Below are positions 51,201-64,000 of a DNA stretch of 64,000 bases, in pieces. A program made the position numbers and the translations under genes. This stretch comes from Lingula anatina (lineage: Eukaryota > Animalia > Brachiopoda), in NCBI GenBank assembly GCA_051362555.1, contig CM120647.1, positions 14,546,651 to 14,610,650 on the forward strand, written 5' to 3'. Under the pieces are notes generated by a model that ran no database searches, had not been told where the DNA came from, and saw nothing but the letters and a program-made list of their open reading frames with translations. How positions within the stretch are numbered: the first letter of the stretch is position 1; each line of letters starts with the position of its first letter.

Positions 51201-53731
51201 AGTGTTCACATATAGCGCCGGTTAAATCTGTTAAGGCATCTAAAGGGTCTCCCGATTCTATCACTTCATAAGCTTTGTGGCACCTGCAAGAAAAATTGGA
51301 GAAAAAAAGTACTGGGACAAATCCTGGGGAGCGGTTTGTATCCGTTACTGTACCTCCATCTGGCTTAGAATGGAAATGACATGAAGAATTGTCTCTTTCT
51401 TCTTTATTACGCACAAGTGCGCTCTCTTACTCTTTCTTCTTTTCTTGAATTTCTTTTATTTTTTACTTAAGTTAATTAAAACGAGTCAAAGGCAAGGCAT
51501 GAACGTTTTTCTCTCGGATCTACGCCTGATATAAATTTAAATTTCTCACACGCAATCAAAATTGGTCATGTAAATCACCTAACATATCAGGCCCATGATA
51601 ACAACCGGTATGGTATATAGCATCTACTGTTATTATCATAGAAATAACCATGAAAAAGTCATTTCCTTTTCACGATTTCTGGCTGTGCCGACGTCCTTCA
51701 AGCCTACATCATCACTACCCTCTACCAGGGTGGCAGATTATATGGGAAAAAAATGGAAAAAAGCCACCCTGTGACTTTTGGCCAGATAGAAGCAATTAAA
51801 TCTGCGCTCGCACAGATGCATTATTCCCGCTCTGTAGGGAGCTACTACAGGAGATTCCTCAGTTAACCTCAATCTGAAGTATTTTATCTGTCACAGAAGC
51901 TATTTTATCTGTCACAGAAGAGCAAGTGATTAAGACCAGAGTAATTAACTGTCTTGATTGCTGTCAAGGGGACTTAGCTTGGACCTGTCAGCTTGGACCA
52001 ACCATGAGATTTCATTAGAGGGTGACACAGAGCCAAATGACCGTCTATTTATCTAGAGACTTATCTGTGGAGAGCTGTGAAAAATCAATCTGTCGCCCTG
52101 GTACATCATCACCGTCGTAGTAGTTAATTATAAAAGCACCACGTTGATCTCCGTCCTCAAAATGATGGCTAGGCAAACAAATACCTTCCCAATGTAGTTA
52201 AAATTTCACAAAGTTGGTCCTTTATGTTAAAGAAGCGCGATAAATGACGTGGATTGAGGGTCGAAAATAACCAAAGCAGCCTGTCCTGAGAATTAAAATA
52301 CCCCCGAGGTGGAGAACAGAGATCAAAACAGCCTCAAATGCGGGAACTGTGCAATAACATGAGCGTGGCTGAACATTGCCAAATCATAAGTGAAATCTAT
52401 ATATGGGGCCATTTAGAATGAATGATCCCAGCACTTACTGATCCGCCGACAAAATATGGCCGACCACAGTTCAAAAGCGATGCCTCTGATTTCTGATGGT
52501 CTCCCCGCCTCTACATGCGCCGTCGTTGCAGGGGCCTAGCAATTAAACCTCAGGGCAGAGATTTAATCCGTTAAAAGGCGCGTGTGGAGTTGGGGAGACT
52601 ATCAGTAATCAGCGTTATCGCTTTTGAACTGTGGTCGGCCATATTTTGTCGGCGGATCAGTAAGTACTCGGATCATTCATTCTGAATGGGGCCTATAATA
52701 CTGAACAAATTAAATACTGTTTACTTTAAACAGACCTATCGCCACTTAGCACATTTCCATTAAAACTTAAAAAACAATAATATTTACCATACAGATGCTG
52801 AAATGACGTCAGCAGTACAGGATGTCGAAATCTTGCGTGTTAACAACTGGAATTTTTTAAAAATTTTGAGCGAGTGCGGCTATCAAGATGATACCAATTA
52901 ACTGATCATAGATTAAATAATCTTTTGACAAATACCCGCATCAATAAATAATCTTTTGACAAATACCCGCATCAATAAAAAGGACCTCAGGAACCATTGC
53001 AGTTATGTTTTAACTAAATGTCGGGCTAAATGATGATCTGTAGAAACACCATTATGTCATACTGCTTATACTAATATTGTCTATATATGAAAATTTTAGC
53101 TTTTTACACAATGACGTACACTGTAGGCCTATATGTTATTATCATTTTCTTTAGTATTCAATTTAAAGGTTTCTTATAAGTGATTGAATCCAGGTCCAAA
53201 TCCGGCAATTTCAAAAGGGGGCTCTTTTTCTGAAAAATTGGACTTTTTACTATGAAACCTTCGTGTACGTACATGTAGATAGAATTTTACCCAAAAGAGA
53301 CCATTTCTCGGCGGTCCTTTCGACCCCCCCCCCCCCCGCCCCCTGGCTATGGGCCTGGAATCTAAATACATTTTGGTACATATTGTATTTCCATGTATGC
53401 ATTCAATATATATTGTATGTATTGCAGAGAGAGAACAATAAACCCTGAACATTAATATAACTGGACTTACTTTGCATATGCCTTTTCTATCAGTGGTCCC
53501 CAGAACTCTCCAGGCCATCCAAGAGGGGGACAGAAAGCCCAGTGACCGTCCAACACGGGCAGGTAGTCGTCGACAAGGATGGCCATCCATTTTCCGTACT
53601 GCCAGATATTGAACTGGAACAAGCCTGGCAGGAAGTGGAGACATAGGGAGATCATACAGTCAGGGACATACGCGCTTACTGTTGGTGCAGATGTGTGACG
53701 GCGTAAACGACAAAGATCAGAGAGAGCGAGA

Positions 53732-53763
<32 letters not shown>

Positions 53764-54167
53764 GAGAGAGGAATTTATGTCTTAATATTATAAGAACAGA
53801 GAGAGACAATATTGTTTTAATATTGATAGGACACGTGCGCGCGTGCACACACACACACACTCACAAACACACACACAGAAAGAGAGAGAGAGAGAGAGAG
53901 ACGCAAACAAAGAGGAAGATTTTCACTTTAACACTGACGAATCCTTACCCCTGTTTCCGCTTCCTCCAAACGTCTGGCCCAGCTTGGTGTAGCCTGGGAC
54001 GGCTTTTTCCATGTACTGACTGTTCAAAGACACGATTGCCAGGGCGTACTGGATCCAGTAGTCTTTACTCCACAGTTGCCATGGTAACCTCACATCACAA
54101 ACCCCGCCGACACCGACGAATCTGGGAGAAGACGTCAAAACCTGAAGTAGGAATAAAGAATTGACAC

Positions 54168-54206
<39 letters not shown>

Positions 54207-54855
54207 TTTCAGTTTTGAAAACGAGCCCCATCAGGGTCTCAGGGCTTCTCCCATGCGAACATTTGTCTCATTTAATGCTCACTTACGGTTCTCAATCTGT
54301 CCTAGAACATACTGTTTTTTTTTCTCTTTTAATGAAAAATGTTCTTAATATGTTCTAGGACACTCTGAAGGGCTTCCCAAAAACAGTTCTCGAACTGTTA
54401 CACTCATAACAGATCAGCATTAGATCCGTAAAAATACACAAAATGTTCCAGAAAAGATTGAGAAACGTAAGTGAACGTTAAATGAAACAAATTGTTCGCA
54501 GGGCTCTCATCACTGTTATATAGTACCCTAAAATTATTGCGTTTACTAAGACTTATTTAAAACTTATGGAAATAAAAAAAGCTTAAAGGGACATAAAATC
54601 AACCATACGATTCATTAAAAAAATCATTCCTGTAAAACCTACCGGAACTGTAGTTGACACACAGGTTTAATTGGTTGATAAAAGTTGACTATCAAAACCC
54701 GTATCATGTTTTTTCTGTCTTTTTCTTATTTCTGTTTTAGCGTAATTAAGCTACGGTGCACAATAAGTGTAATTCTTTGTTCACTTTTGAACAAAACAAT
54801 GTGTTACATCTCCTTTTTTTTTTTTTACAAATTATCCCATCACAGCTGTTAACCA

Positions 54856-54928
<73 letters not shown>

Positions 54929-55354
54929 CCAGATACCATATCGACTGATGGTAGTGAAAAGCCGTACGACGAAGATATGCCTATGTAATATCATTCATGC
55001 AAATTTAGAGAACGCACCCCCTCAAATTAAATGTTCTACGGTAATTTCCATAGCGGTAGAAATGCCCATGAAATTGAAAAGAAACCGCCAAATGTCACCA
55101 AATTCAAACACAATTCGCATCAGTTTGTGCTCTTTAAAGGCCACGTGTCTACAAGCGTCTGTATCTACATCGTGCTGCAGTGATCTCCCGTGGGAAATTC
55201 GACGCTTTTCACTTTTTATTCCCACCCCTATTACCTGCCTTATTCAAACCCGTCCACGGAATTATGATGCATGCACCCGATTTTGAGTTGTGTTTCCTGT
55301 AACATGAGTCACTTCAGAAATGCGGATAAAGATTGGTGAGTTTCACAAATGGGT

Positions 55355-55411
<57 letters not shown>

Positions 55412-58400
55412 CTAGAACTCCTCAAAAACGAGGTTTTACATCTTAATTTTCTCAACAGGTTTGGATAGGTAATACCCAATACCTTAATTATAGGTGACCT
55501 TAGTTTTTTTTTGCCAGCTTAGGTATTTCGTCGAAATCGCCTGTCCGACTTTGTTTAAAAATTTTAATTTGTTTGCTCGTTTTTTTATCACAGGTGACTG
55601 AATATACGGTAATGACTCAAATTTTCAACGGGCAAAAAATATCCATCTTCCAGATATATCTGATTTTGGAATCATTAAAAAGTTACATTTCTGTATAGTG
55701 TTTGTGGTGCTTATACTCTATAGAATCGAACTACAGAATAGCTTGTTTTTCAATTTTGTCGCCACCATTCAAAAGAATGTTCAATTTTAATAATCTATGA
55801 CTTAAAAATCACGGTATCTTTAAAATTAAAAATATCCCCACTGAAGAGACTGAGACACTGCCGTAGACATTACCGAAATCATGCAGTGTGAATAATAATA
55901 AAAATAATTTAAAAAATCTCAATTACGTCGGGACACGCAATCACTAAGTTGTATACGTAACTGGCTTCTTTATCACCCTATTATACATACATCAGTACAA
56001 ACGGGAATGGAAGCGAGATTTGCATAAGGATTTCAAGCGTAATTTCAGTGCCCACAACAGTGTATTACACATCAACTACAGATAGGCCAAAATAAAGTGA
56101 AACCTTGCACGTGTAATGTAAGCGTAATTTCAATGCCCACTGGTTGCTTATGTTGTGCAGCAGGCTTGTTACAAAACGATGGTCAGGTGCAGAATGTGTT
56201 TGAGATACAATAGATCAAGGTCTGTGAGTCGTTCGTGACGTACAATGTAGTTATTTCTATCATGTTGACACGGATACCCACGTATAGAATTTTAAAGAAA
56301 AGATTCATGCATAATTCGTGAAGAATACTATATTGATACTATAATGAAGCAATGACAGACGTGCTAGACGACAATGTTTACGTAACCGTTCCTATTTCAC
56401 TGCTATATCAGTAATACAGATAAGTCAAGACAATTAGAGATTCACGAATAAAAATAATTTTCCATCAACATATATTTATTTATTAATTCTTTTGCTTGCT
56501 GGTTTTTCTATTTAATTTCCTATTTATGTTATGTTTAATTGTCTATTAATTTATTTGCCCAAGCATTTTTTTCTATTTCTCAATTTATTCATATCTTTGC
56601 TTAAAAGACAATTTCTACTCTTATCCATTTTGGTTATTTAAGTCTTTGATAATAACTTTATGTAAGGCTTCGATGAGGGTCTTCCATACATTTTTTTTCA
56701 TATCTTTCCTCCTTTAAATCTTTAATGCTATGCGGAGAGGAGATTCCCTTTCGTTAGTAATTAAGATTTGAAAATTCCCTACTTTTTTTTCTTTCTTTTT
56801 GCTTTCTTTTCTTTTTCTCTGTCAGTCTCCTCAAGGGGCCATCAAAACCGCCGATAAGACTTTCCGCTCAAGAAAGAAGATGATGTACAGAAAAAAAAAA
56901 GAAAAAAAAGACAGCTGAGCCATGTTCATGTCTTTTCCATAAATCTTTTAAGCACTGTCATGCCCTGAAGCTGTGAAAGCTGAACACAGACAGATCCTGC
57001 TGTAAGCAAGTCACAATTATGCAAGAAAACGGCGGTGACAGTGATAACTGTTGACAGCAACTGTGCGAGACGGCCGTTCGTGCAATTTTGATATATCTAG
57101 GTAATTGAAAGGATGTATTAACTGATTCAAAGCGGTTTTAGCAGGAGATTTTATCATTTTCCTTCATACATCGAATTCTGAGAAAAACCATTTGCCATGT
57201 TTAATACAGTGTAATTATTTTTCATGTTGTGTCGTAATCGGGAGTCAACCAAAGAAAGCTATTGGGTTGAATTTTGGAGGAAAGTCTTACCGGCTCCCTT
57301 CATATATTTTGTGTCGTGGACTTGGTATAATTATTAAAGGTGGCAGGAATATGCCTCCTGTATATATAGAAAATACCAGTTTCACACCTCCAATAAACAA
57401 AAGATCTATTAAAAATCCAACTCCAAAATACATGCACATTAGTTAATGCTTCGCTACGGCATGAAGATCAAGACGCCTTAACCCTTAAGGGACATGTAGC
57501 TCCCAAATTAGATGCATTTTGTGTGAGTCCTGGATCCTGCAGATACATATGTATTTATATTTAGGCATAATAATGAGGTATATCGGCGGGCGGTGCATGA
57601 AACTGACAGACGTTTGAACATCGGTAATGCTCTTATAATATTGATGAAAATCACTGGTGTTTAATTAGCCAGCTCAGATATAACGCTGTACCTGAAGTAT
57701 GTGATAAACCCCCTGCTTACTCTAGCCAGGGCAGAAGATTAATTATGTGTGCTGTTCTCCAGGGCACAGCGGTGTATTGGGATATAAATTAGCCAGGGAA
57801 ATAATAATAATAATTTCTTGAGCACAGAAATGTTTTACATTTAAAGGCTCTCTAACTAAGGCCACACTTTTTTATTTTTATGGATGACATCCTCTGAGTA
57901 CCCCAAAATTGGTGCGAGAGGGCGAAAAAAAAAAAAAAACAGTCCAAAAAAAAAACTGCTTAAGTAAAGGAATGCTGTCAGTACACAGCTGGAAACACAA
58001 ATTTAACCACAGAAACACGTATCAAACTGACAATATGTCTTTATCCATCCTCTCAAAATATTAAAGCATTGTGAATACTTCGTAGAAATGTAAAAAACGT
58101 CATGAATTGATATACTTCATATTACCAAATCTATTTAAGGTTATTTCATGCATTCATTTGGTATAGCAATCAATAAAACAAATATCAATCAAACAGTGTG
58201 TCTTTATTTGTATTCTCAGAATATTAAAACATTTTGATCACTTCACAGAAATGTTTAAAAAATGATGCAAAGATATGCTTAATACTACCAAATCTATTAA
58301 AGGTCATTTCAGACGATGCCATTTTGTCAACTTCAACTCACACGAAGCAGCTAAACTGTCAGGTGGCCTGTCCGACCTTCAGCCCACCAAATACCTCGAC

Positions 58401-59808
58401 GCCCTTGTCGACCCTTCTTTCGCTACAGAAAACCTGGTATTAATGTGCTGCTTTATACAGAATGTCACAGAAATGTTTCGGCCGCCGCCAGCCTTTCGCA
58501 CAATTGTAAAAAGGTGATATCTCCATGCCCAATATCAATGGCATACCAATCCAAAACGATGGCGCCCGTTCTCTTTATGACTTTTATTGTTGTGTAATTT
58601 GAAAGTAATCCTAGAGATGAATTTGACAGCAAAGTGGCCGCATTTCCACGTGGCGAAAATACGCATGCGCAGAAAGCTCATTTCCTTGCAAATTCAATAA
58701 CAACGTTTGCGACAACCGACTTCGTTGGGGGCTGGGGGGGGGGGGCTTTTTTTTTTTTTTTTTTTTTTTGGAGAACGGGCGAAAATCCGTGCGCGCGCAG
58801 GATGTCATCCATAAAATTAAAAAAGTGTGGCCTAATATATATTATATATATATATATGGAATAATAGTAATAATAGTAAATAATTTTTTAAAATTATACA
58901 TATATGATGTATAAAGTCAGGGACACATATGTCAAAACCCGCAAAATCAGCAAAATCCATCCGTGTCCCTGGTAGATGGTAAACTGGCGATATGCTGTGC
59001 CCAAAAACCAGATCATAACCAACAGATTAACGATGACTACCGTTACATGTACAAATTAGATCAAGCCGGGAAATTAGATTTCTACCGGCAGCAAAACATT
59101 GCGTGATTAAAGTAAGTCCCCAATCCCTGCGATTATCGTGCTGAAGGGATTCAAATTAATTAGAAACGAAAATACGGTTCTTTCTTTTATTTTCCTGTTT
59201 CTCTGTGTTTTAGTCACTCTTTTTTGTCTTTGAATTCGATACTTTGGACATATTTATCATATCTTATACTCTCTAGACTCGATCGGTGTACATGTACGTT
59301 GTTTACAGGTAGAAATGCGAGAAACAAACAGCAAACAGGTTCTCTCAAACAATGTACGTACCGTTAAACCTGGTTCTATTTTTGTGGTTGTCCAGCGAGT
59401 GCTGAGCTACTCTTATAGTGACACCCTTAAAGAGACCACGCACAACGCTGCTCCCTATCTGTCTGTCTTTCTCTCTGTTTAAATTTGTCTGTCTGTCTGT
59501 CTAATCTATCTATCTATCTATCTATCTGTCTGTCTGTCTAAACGACTGTGCATATATGTCACCGATTGTACGCAAGTACTGTGGAAATATGATACACCTC
59601 GGTTAATAATATAAGCGAACAAGACAAGTTTTGAATTTTACAAAATGGCACTTGGGGTTTGTTATTGTTGTATCTTCTGTACTATTTGGAAGAAATAAAA
59701 ACATTGGAACAATTCCAACCCGAGGATGAAACATCGAGGGCAACGTTAACAGTAACTTGCAATCAAAGATTTAAGTTATAAAAAGGTAAATTATAACAAA
59801 ACCCTGAA

Positions 59809-59867
<59 letters not shown>

Positions 59868-61215
59868 CAATTGAATTTAATTCCAACATCAACAGTAAAA
59901 TACAGTAAGCAGCCTTGTGATTTTACAGCACACACAGGGCACCAAACGGGATCCGGAGAGCCTGCAGTCTCGCACTCTAGCGTTACATCAAGCGGGATTT
60001 CGCGGGATTTGAAGGAGTGTAGGACCAGAAATAATGGCAGACTAGCAAGTGCAGTGCGAGAACGAATAAAAGCTGACGAAACTTATTCAAGGATATAATT
60101 ATTAGTTGTTTTCTCTAAAGCTCTCTCACATCGCTGACAGGCTATTGCAAAAGAGTGTCAATTTACCATGTTTGAGTTTTGCGTATCACCTTTGTATTGC
60201 TTTCATATCTCAGACTACCGGTACATCATAAACAGAGTTTCACCCTTATTGTTAACAATTACATTGTCCGCTCCACCAAACTCAGAGTCTCGCGCGTTTT
60301 CTTAGATCGTATGACGACACAAAGTGCTTACAGCCTCGATTCAGTCTATATCAAATAATATCCGTTCATATCAATGTAACATCTTGATATACCGTCTGGG
60401 AGGACAACACTATAGGACATTCATTTGGTTGGACTATTTACAGCACCAAAATTGCTAGTTTTATATAATCTTTAAAGGTACTCGGTCGTCTCGAGTGTTT
60501 CTCATTGCTGTTTGGAGCAAATAAATAAAGAAACGAACAAATAAATAAATTAACAGACCAATAATAGAAGGAATATTTTAAAGCGTATACTCTACCGAAG
60601 CCGGTAGGGATATATGCAGAGTGCTGTACTTACTGAGGGTTTTTGGAAGGTCATCCTCTCATACCTATCGTCCCCGCTGTAGACGTAGGTCAAGGACGTT
60701 TTGTCTGGCGGGAAAGTAGGATCCTCGAAAACTCCGTATTGGTAACTGGTAGGCTTGTCCCCCACGCATATAACATGACCCGAATCCGCAGGTGGGTGCA
60801 CGGAGATTGACAAGAGTGCGGCGTCATCTTTTAGAGGTGAGGGCTTCACGCTCGTGGTACCGAAAGGCTCGTATGCATGTTTGACGGTGGTGGGAGGATC
60901 GTCACAGCTGATCTTGCGTGGAGACTGGCTAGTCGACAGCTCCGTGAAAGATTGCGAGATATCCTGCACGTGCAGCGTGCGTCTCCTCTCTTTCTCTCTT
61001 CGGCGCACATTGGAAGTGTTTCCCTTTGGCGATGACGATGCAACAACGTTGAAGCCTACTTCCCCGCTCCCGCCTCCACCGCGAGACCAAAACGATTTCT
61101 TTGTTGGATTTTGTTCAGAGTTGGAATCCTGTGGCAGCGTTTCCGAGCTGCTGCTTGTGTTCATTTTTCTCTGAGTCGATTTCCTGAGTATGTACCTATT
61201 ATAAGCCTTATGCAT
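44341..61215 (-). CDS. Calpain-family protein (CysPc + domain III/C2L), predicted catalytically inactive
   Basis: Exons 61215(or 61164)-60634, 54141-53949, 53624-53471, 51283-51103, 48151-48089, 47146-45931, 45240-45050 and 44532-44341 join in frame with GT-AG. Motifs FEDPTFPP, GLFQFNIWQYGKW..ILVDDYLP, EFWGPLIEKAYAK, DALTDLTG, GFWVTFEEF; C2L motifs LSVMQ, SREL...LDPGSYFLVP, GNVLIRI. No EF-hand domain. Confidence 0.88.
47370..47832. mobile_element. Two adjacent degenerate palindromic MITEs
   Basis: 47370-47560 is centred on CTAGGGGGTAATTAA...TTAATTACCCCCTAG. 47577-47832 has TIR GCATTCACAAAGGATCTATCG / CGATAGATTTGTTGTGAACGC and internal AACACGCCTCCT/AGGAGGCGTGTT. Confidence 0.55.
47865..48080. 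mobile_element. Harbinger-type MITE monomer next to a calpain splice donor
   Basis: GACCCCATTCCCAGAG...GGGAATGCGCCC|TTA; reverse complement of 10335-10550. Confidence 0.8.
49897..50078. repeat. ~90-bp direct duplication
   Basis: TTTTCCACATT.CAC.TTTTCCTTAACGAC.GACTG...TTCAACAAATCAACCCGGTAAGGAAACAAT occurs twice. Confidence 0.8.
50438..50561. mobile_element. Short CCCTCTACCAGG-TIR element; relatives at 51718-52102 and ~300-400
   Basis: ACCCTCTACCAGGATGGCAGAT...CCCTGGTAGAGGGT. CCC termini suggest a piggyBac-like origin, but TTAA TSDs are not intact. Confidence 0.5.
52405..52694. mobile_element. Palindromic MITE with AT TSD (ISL2EU/Harbinger group)
   Basis: AT|GGGGCCATTTAGAATGAATGATCC...GGATCATTCATTCTGAATGGGGCCT|AT, with arms of more than 100 bp. 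Confidence 0.75.
53191..53357. mobile_element. CAG...CTG MITE with exact 5-bp TSD (hAT5-like)
   Basis: GAATC|CAGGTCC...GGGCCTG|GAATC. Confidence 0.65.
54250..54503. mobile_element. Degenerate palindromic MITE
   Basis: TGCGAACATTTGTCTCATTTAATGCTCACTTACG.TTCTCAATCT / AGATTGAGAAACGTAAGTGAACGTTAAATGAAACAAATTGTTCGCA. Confidence 0.65.
57860..58832. mobile_element. PIF/Harbinger-type non-autonomous element
   Basis: TAA|GGCCACACTTTTTTATTTTTATGGATGACATCCT...AGGATGTCATCCATAAAATTAAAAAAGTGTGGCC|TAA. Confidence 0.8.
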
Positions 61216-63029
61216 ACTCCTATATATTTAAATGAGCCTGTTAGGTACGCAGGTGTGAACGAAAGAACTTTCCCATTGGCATACTACGTGTGTGAGTCAG
61301 AAATCCTTGCGTAAGAGAAACGACTCGAACTATTTTTCCTCAGACACGCTGCCACGATGACCAAAGCAGTTTCCTACGTCGAACATATTTTGAGACTTGG
61401 CTGACAGACGATATTCTGGCTTCAGTTACTTTAAGTTTTTTTTTTGCTGTCTGCTTCGTTGTAAATCTACCTTCTCAACGAATTGCTGTCTGAAACTTAA
61501 TTGGAGAGAGAAATTAGCGACTTCTTTAGGCTTTGAAGATTCATTATAGACTTGTGACAACTAGAGTGCAATGCTAAACAGTATCTTATGTTTTTTTAAC
61601 GCTAAACATCATACGCGGCAATCTCTAAACATTTACTGCATTCTATGTCAGGTTTTACCTCATAATTTCAAAACGTGCACATCATTAATTTAAACGGTGA
61701 GTGATGTCACTTTGATGTCTCTATTTTTACGGTTCTCCAAAGTTTATGCAAAGATATTTCCCTGGGGGTTAGAAGGGAGACCTCCACCATTGATAAAGGA
61801 ACAACAGTTTTTCTTTTTTCGTATTTTGGGAAACCACGTGTGAAGTTTCTTCATTTCTCACGTAATCATAACTGAAGGGGGAAAGAACTTTTTCTCTCTT
61901 ATTCCAAATTAATTCCCACGATTATAAATATTAAATATGTTTTAGATGATAACGATCAACGAAGTCACAATGAATAATATGTAATTAAAACTAAAACGTT
62001 ATTAAAGCTAAACAAAAACCTGTATATATTCGCTTTGAACGAAGCTTTCAGTTAAATAGAAAGGTCTGTTAGTTAATTGCCTCGTAACGCCAAATGGATG
62101 ACAAATGCCACGTACATGTAGCAATTATTAACCACAGGTATCTGATATATAGTGCATACGCACATGGTGAACCAAATTATATAGTCAATCATACCACCAG
62201 TTTGTTATGGGTTTGATTTAGCTAATCAGTGGAGTATTGATACTATATGCTTACAACCAAGGAGTAGCAATACTCTTATATCTTCACTGCAGTCATTTCT
62301 AGATATATAAGCATATACCTATAGATAGATAGATAGACAGACAGACAGTATATGGACATTGGGTGAGATATGCGGAGTACAAATAGAAGAATATAGAAGA
62401 ATAGAATAGAAGAATGGGTAGGTACAGATACCCTACAGCTTACAATGAACGGGTTTCTATTCACGGAGAAGCTAGGAAATATGGCAATCAATAGCTGAAT
62501 CCACGCAGCAAAGACACATATGAGGGTCCAAAGAGGGGGGGGGTAGTGATTACAGTTCAAGGGAAATAAAATAGTCAATTCACAAATCGCAGTAAATAAT
62601 ATATATATATTTTATATATATTTCACAGTTGATGTGTGTCGAAATTCCTTAAAATTACGAATCCCAGAGTATCATGACTTCGTTTCACAAAGGGCGGGAA
62701 AAAACTGCATTCACAAGTCACGGGGGTGGGGTACCTCACAAAGCACGCTAAATAAAATGACCGTTTCATGCATCTCGGAAAAGAAAAGGTGTCTTTCACG
62801 GGTAACGAAAATACCCAATGGGACCCTCACATGTCGCATGCCGAATTTCATCTGTGACAGCAGCTGTAGACGACCTTTTTATATACGACGTTGAAGACAA
62901 CTAATTTAGATTGCGTTGCTGAGCTGTGCTTCTTTTTTATCTCTGCTAAAGAGGTTGTGCCTTTGCCTTTGTTGGTTTGTACGTCCAACGAAAAAATCAA
63001 TACAAATTATCAGGGTGCATTAGAAATGG

Positions 63030-63140
63030 TCTAGCCTAGAGGTGATCAGTTTTTGACGGTGATCCATAAATTATTAAATTGATCATGAGAATTAAGGTGC
63101 CTTGGCGGAGGTATGCGATCAATGTGTGCTTTTCTGGTTT
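63030..63140 (+). mobile_element. 3' fragment of a second HINE family
   Basis: CCTTGGCGGAGGT subTIR, a degenerate short hairpin and a TTCTGG|TT terminus; no matching 5' end seen. Confidence 0.45.
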
Positions 63141-63283
63141 TATTTTTAAATATTGCGTTTTGCTCAAGATTATATTTCATTCAACTTTTCAGTTCCGATT
63201 GTATTGGAAATTGTTCGAATGATTAAAGGTTAGCCTTGTGCTATTTAAAAACAAAGGGAGTAATTAAATGGTGAATGACTCAC

Positions 63284-63317
<34 letters not shown>

Positions 63318-64000
63318 TATTGTTATAATGACTGAAATAAAATAAAATATTTCACAGAGCAAATATAAATATTGCAAAAAGGTCACAGCTGTGTGAGAAA
63401 ATAGAGAAGTTCAAGGATGACCAATGATAGAACCTCCGCGATAATTTTCAACCGAAACTAAAGAAAATGATATAGCACGGGCATTTAGCCCAAAGGTGAA
63501 AAAGAGAATATGCCCAAGTATTGTAAAATTATTACGTACCGCATATGATAATTTCTGTGAAATCACAATGCCGTTTTATTTTCTCCGAAATAGACGTACG
63601 TGGCCTTCTCCGACGACGACCAGTTGGCAGAATGACGGCAATTATCGGATCAGAATGATTGCTAAGAGATTTCCAAATCTTGTTATATACATCTTACGTC
63701 GCTATCTGAGATATAAATATCTTAACGGGTATCCGCTTTCTGATCAGAAAACACCCAGTATTCTCTCAGTCTCGTTAGCATCAGCAGAATTAACCTGGAG
63801 ACATTTTTGTCTATAAAACAAGACTCCTTCTGTCGTAGCCCAAAGCTTGTCGTGTCTCTCCTTAACCTTTCTATCTCCGAGAATAGCTATTGATTTTTGT
63901 CTTTGCCAATCCCCTTCTAAGCTTAATATAGCGCAAACCGTTTTTCTACGCGCAATTATAGCAGCAACCTGAGGTTATTATTAGTCGGCTAACTACTCCC

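Noticed and set aside
54746-55286. ORFs with YIYI/ERER/YYYY runs (also 11614, 29372, 29477, 45672, 53682)
   Set aside because: They are artefacts of (TA)n, (GA)n, (TAA)n and poly-T microsatellites.

Overview
AT-rich, intron-containing invertebrate animal genomic DNA, plausibly lophotrochozoan, although the taxon cannot be proven from this window. Six spliced protein-coding genes were reconstructed by hand from GT-AG junctions: TRMT10C/MRPP1 (-), a quick-to-court-like coiled-coil/GRIP-type gene (+), RPLP1 (-) head-to-head with TXNDC5/ERp46 (+), a TLC-domain gene (-), and a calpain-family gene (-). The rest is dense with DNA transposon derivatives: Helentron-type HINEs carrying a 146-bp tandem array, an Academ-like long-TIR element containing a dead Tc1/mariner transposase, a deleted ISL2EU, and Kolobok-, Harbinger-, hAT5- and TA-TSD MITEs. 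Most notable: (1) the calpain has an intact reading frame but all three catalytic residues are replaced (C>Y, H>Y, N>C), with a ~330-aa insertion; (2) a HINE appears to supply the TRMT10C stop codon; (3) two RPLP1 introns hold strand-specific double hairpins. Family assignments rest on motif recognition only, with no database search.
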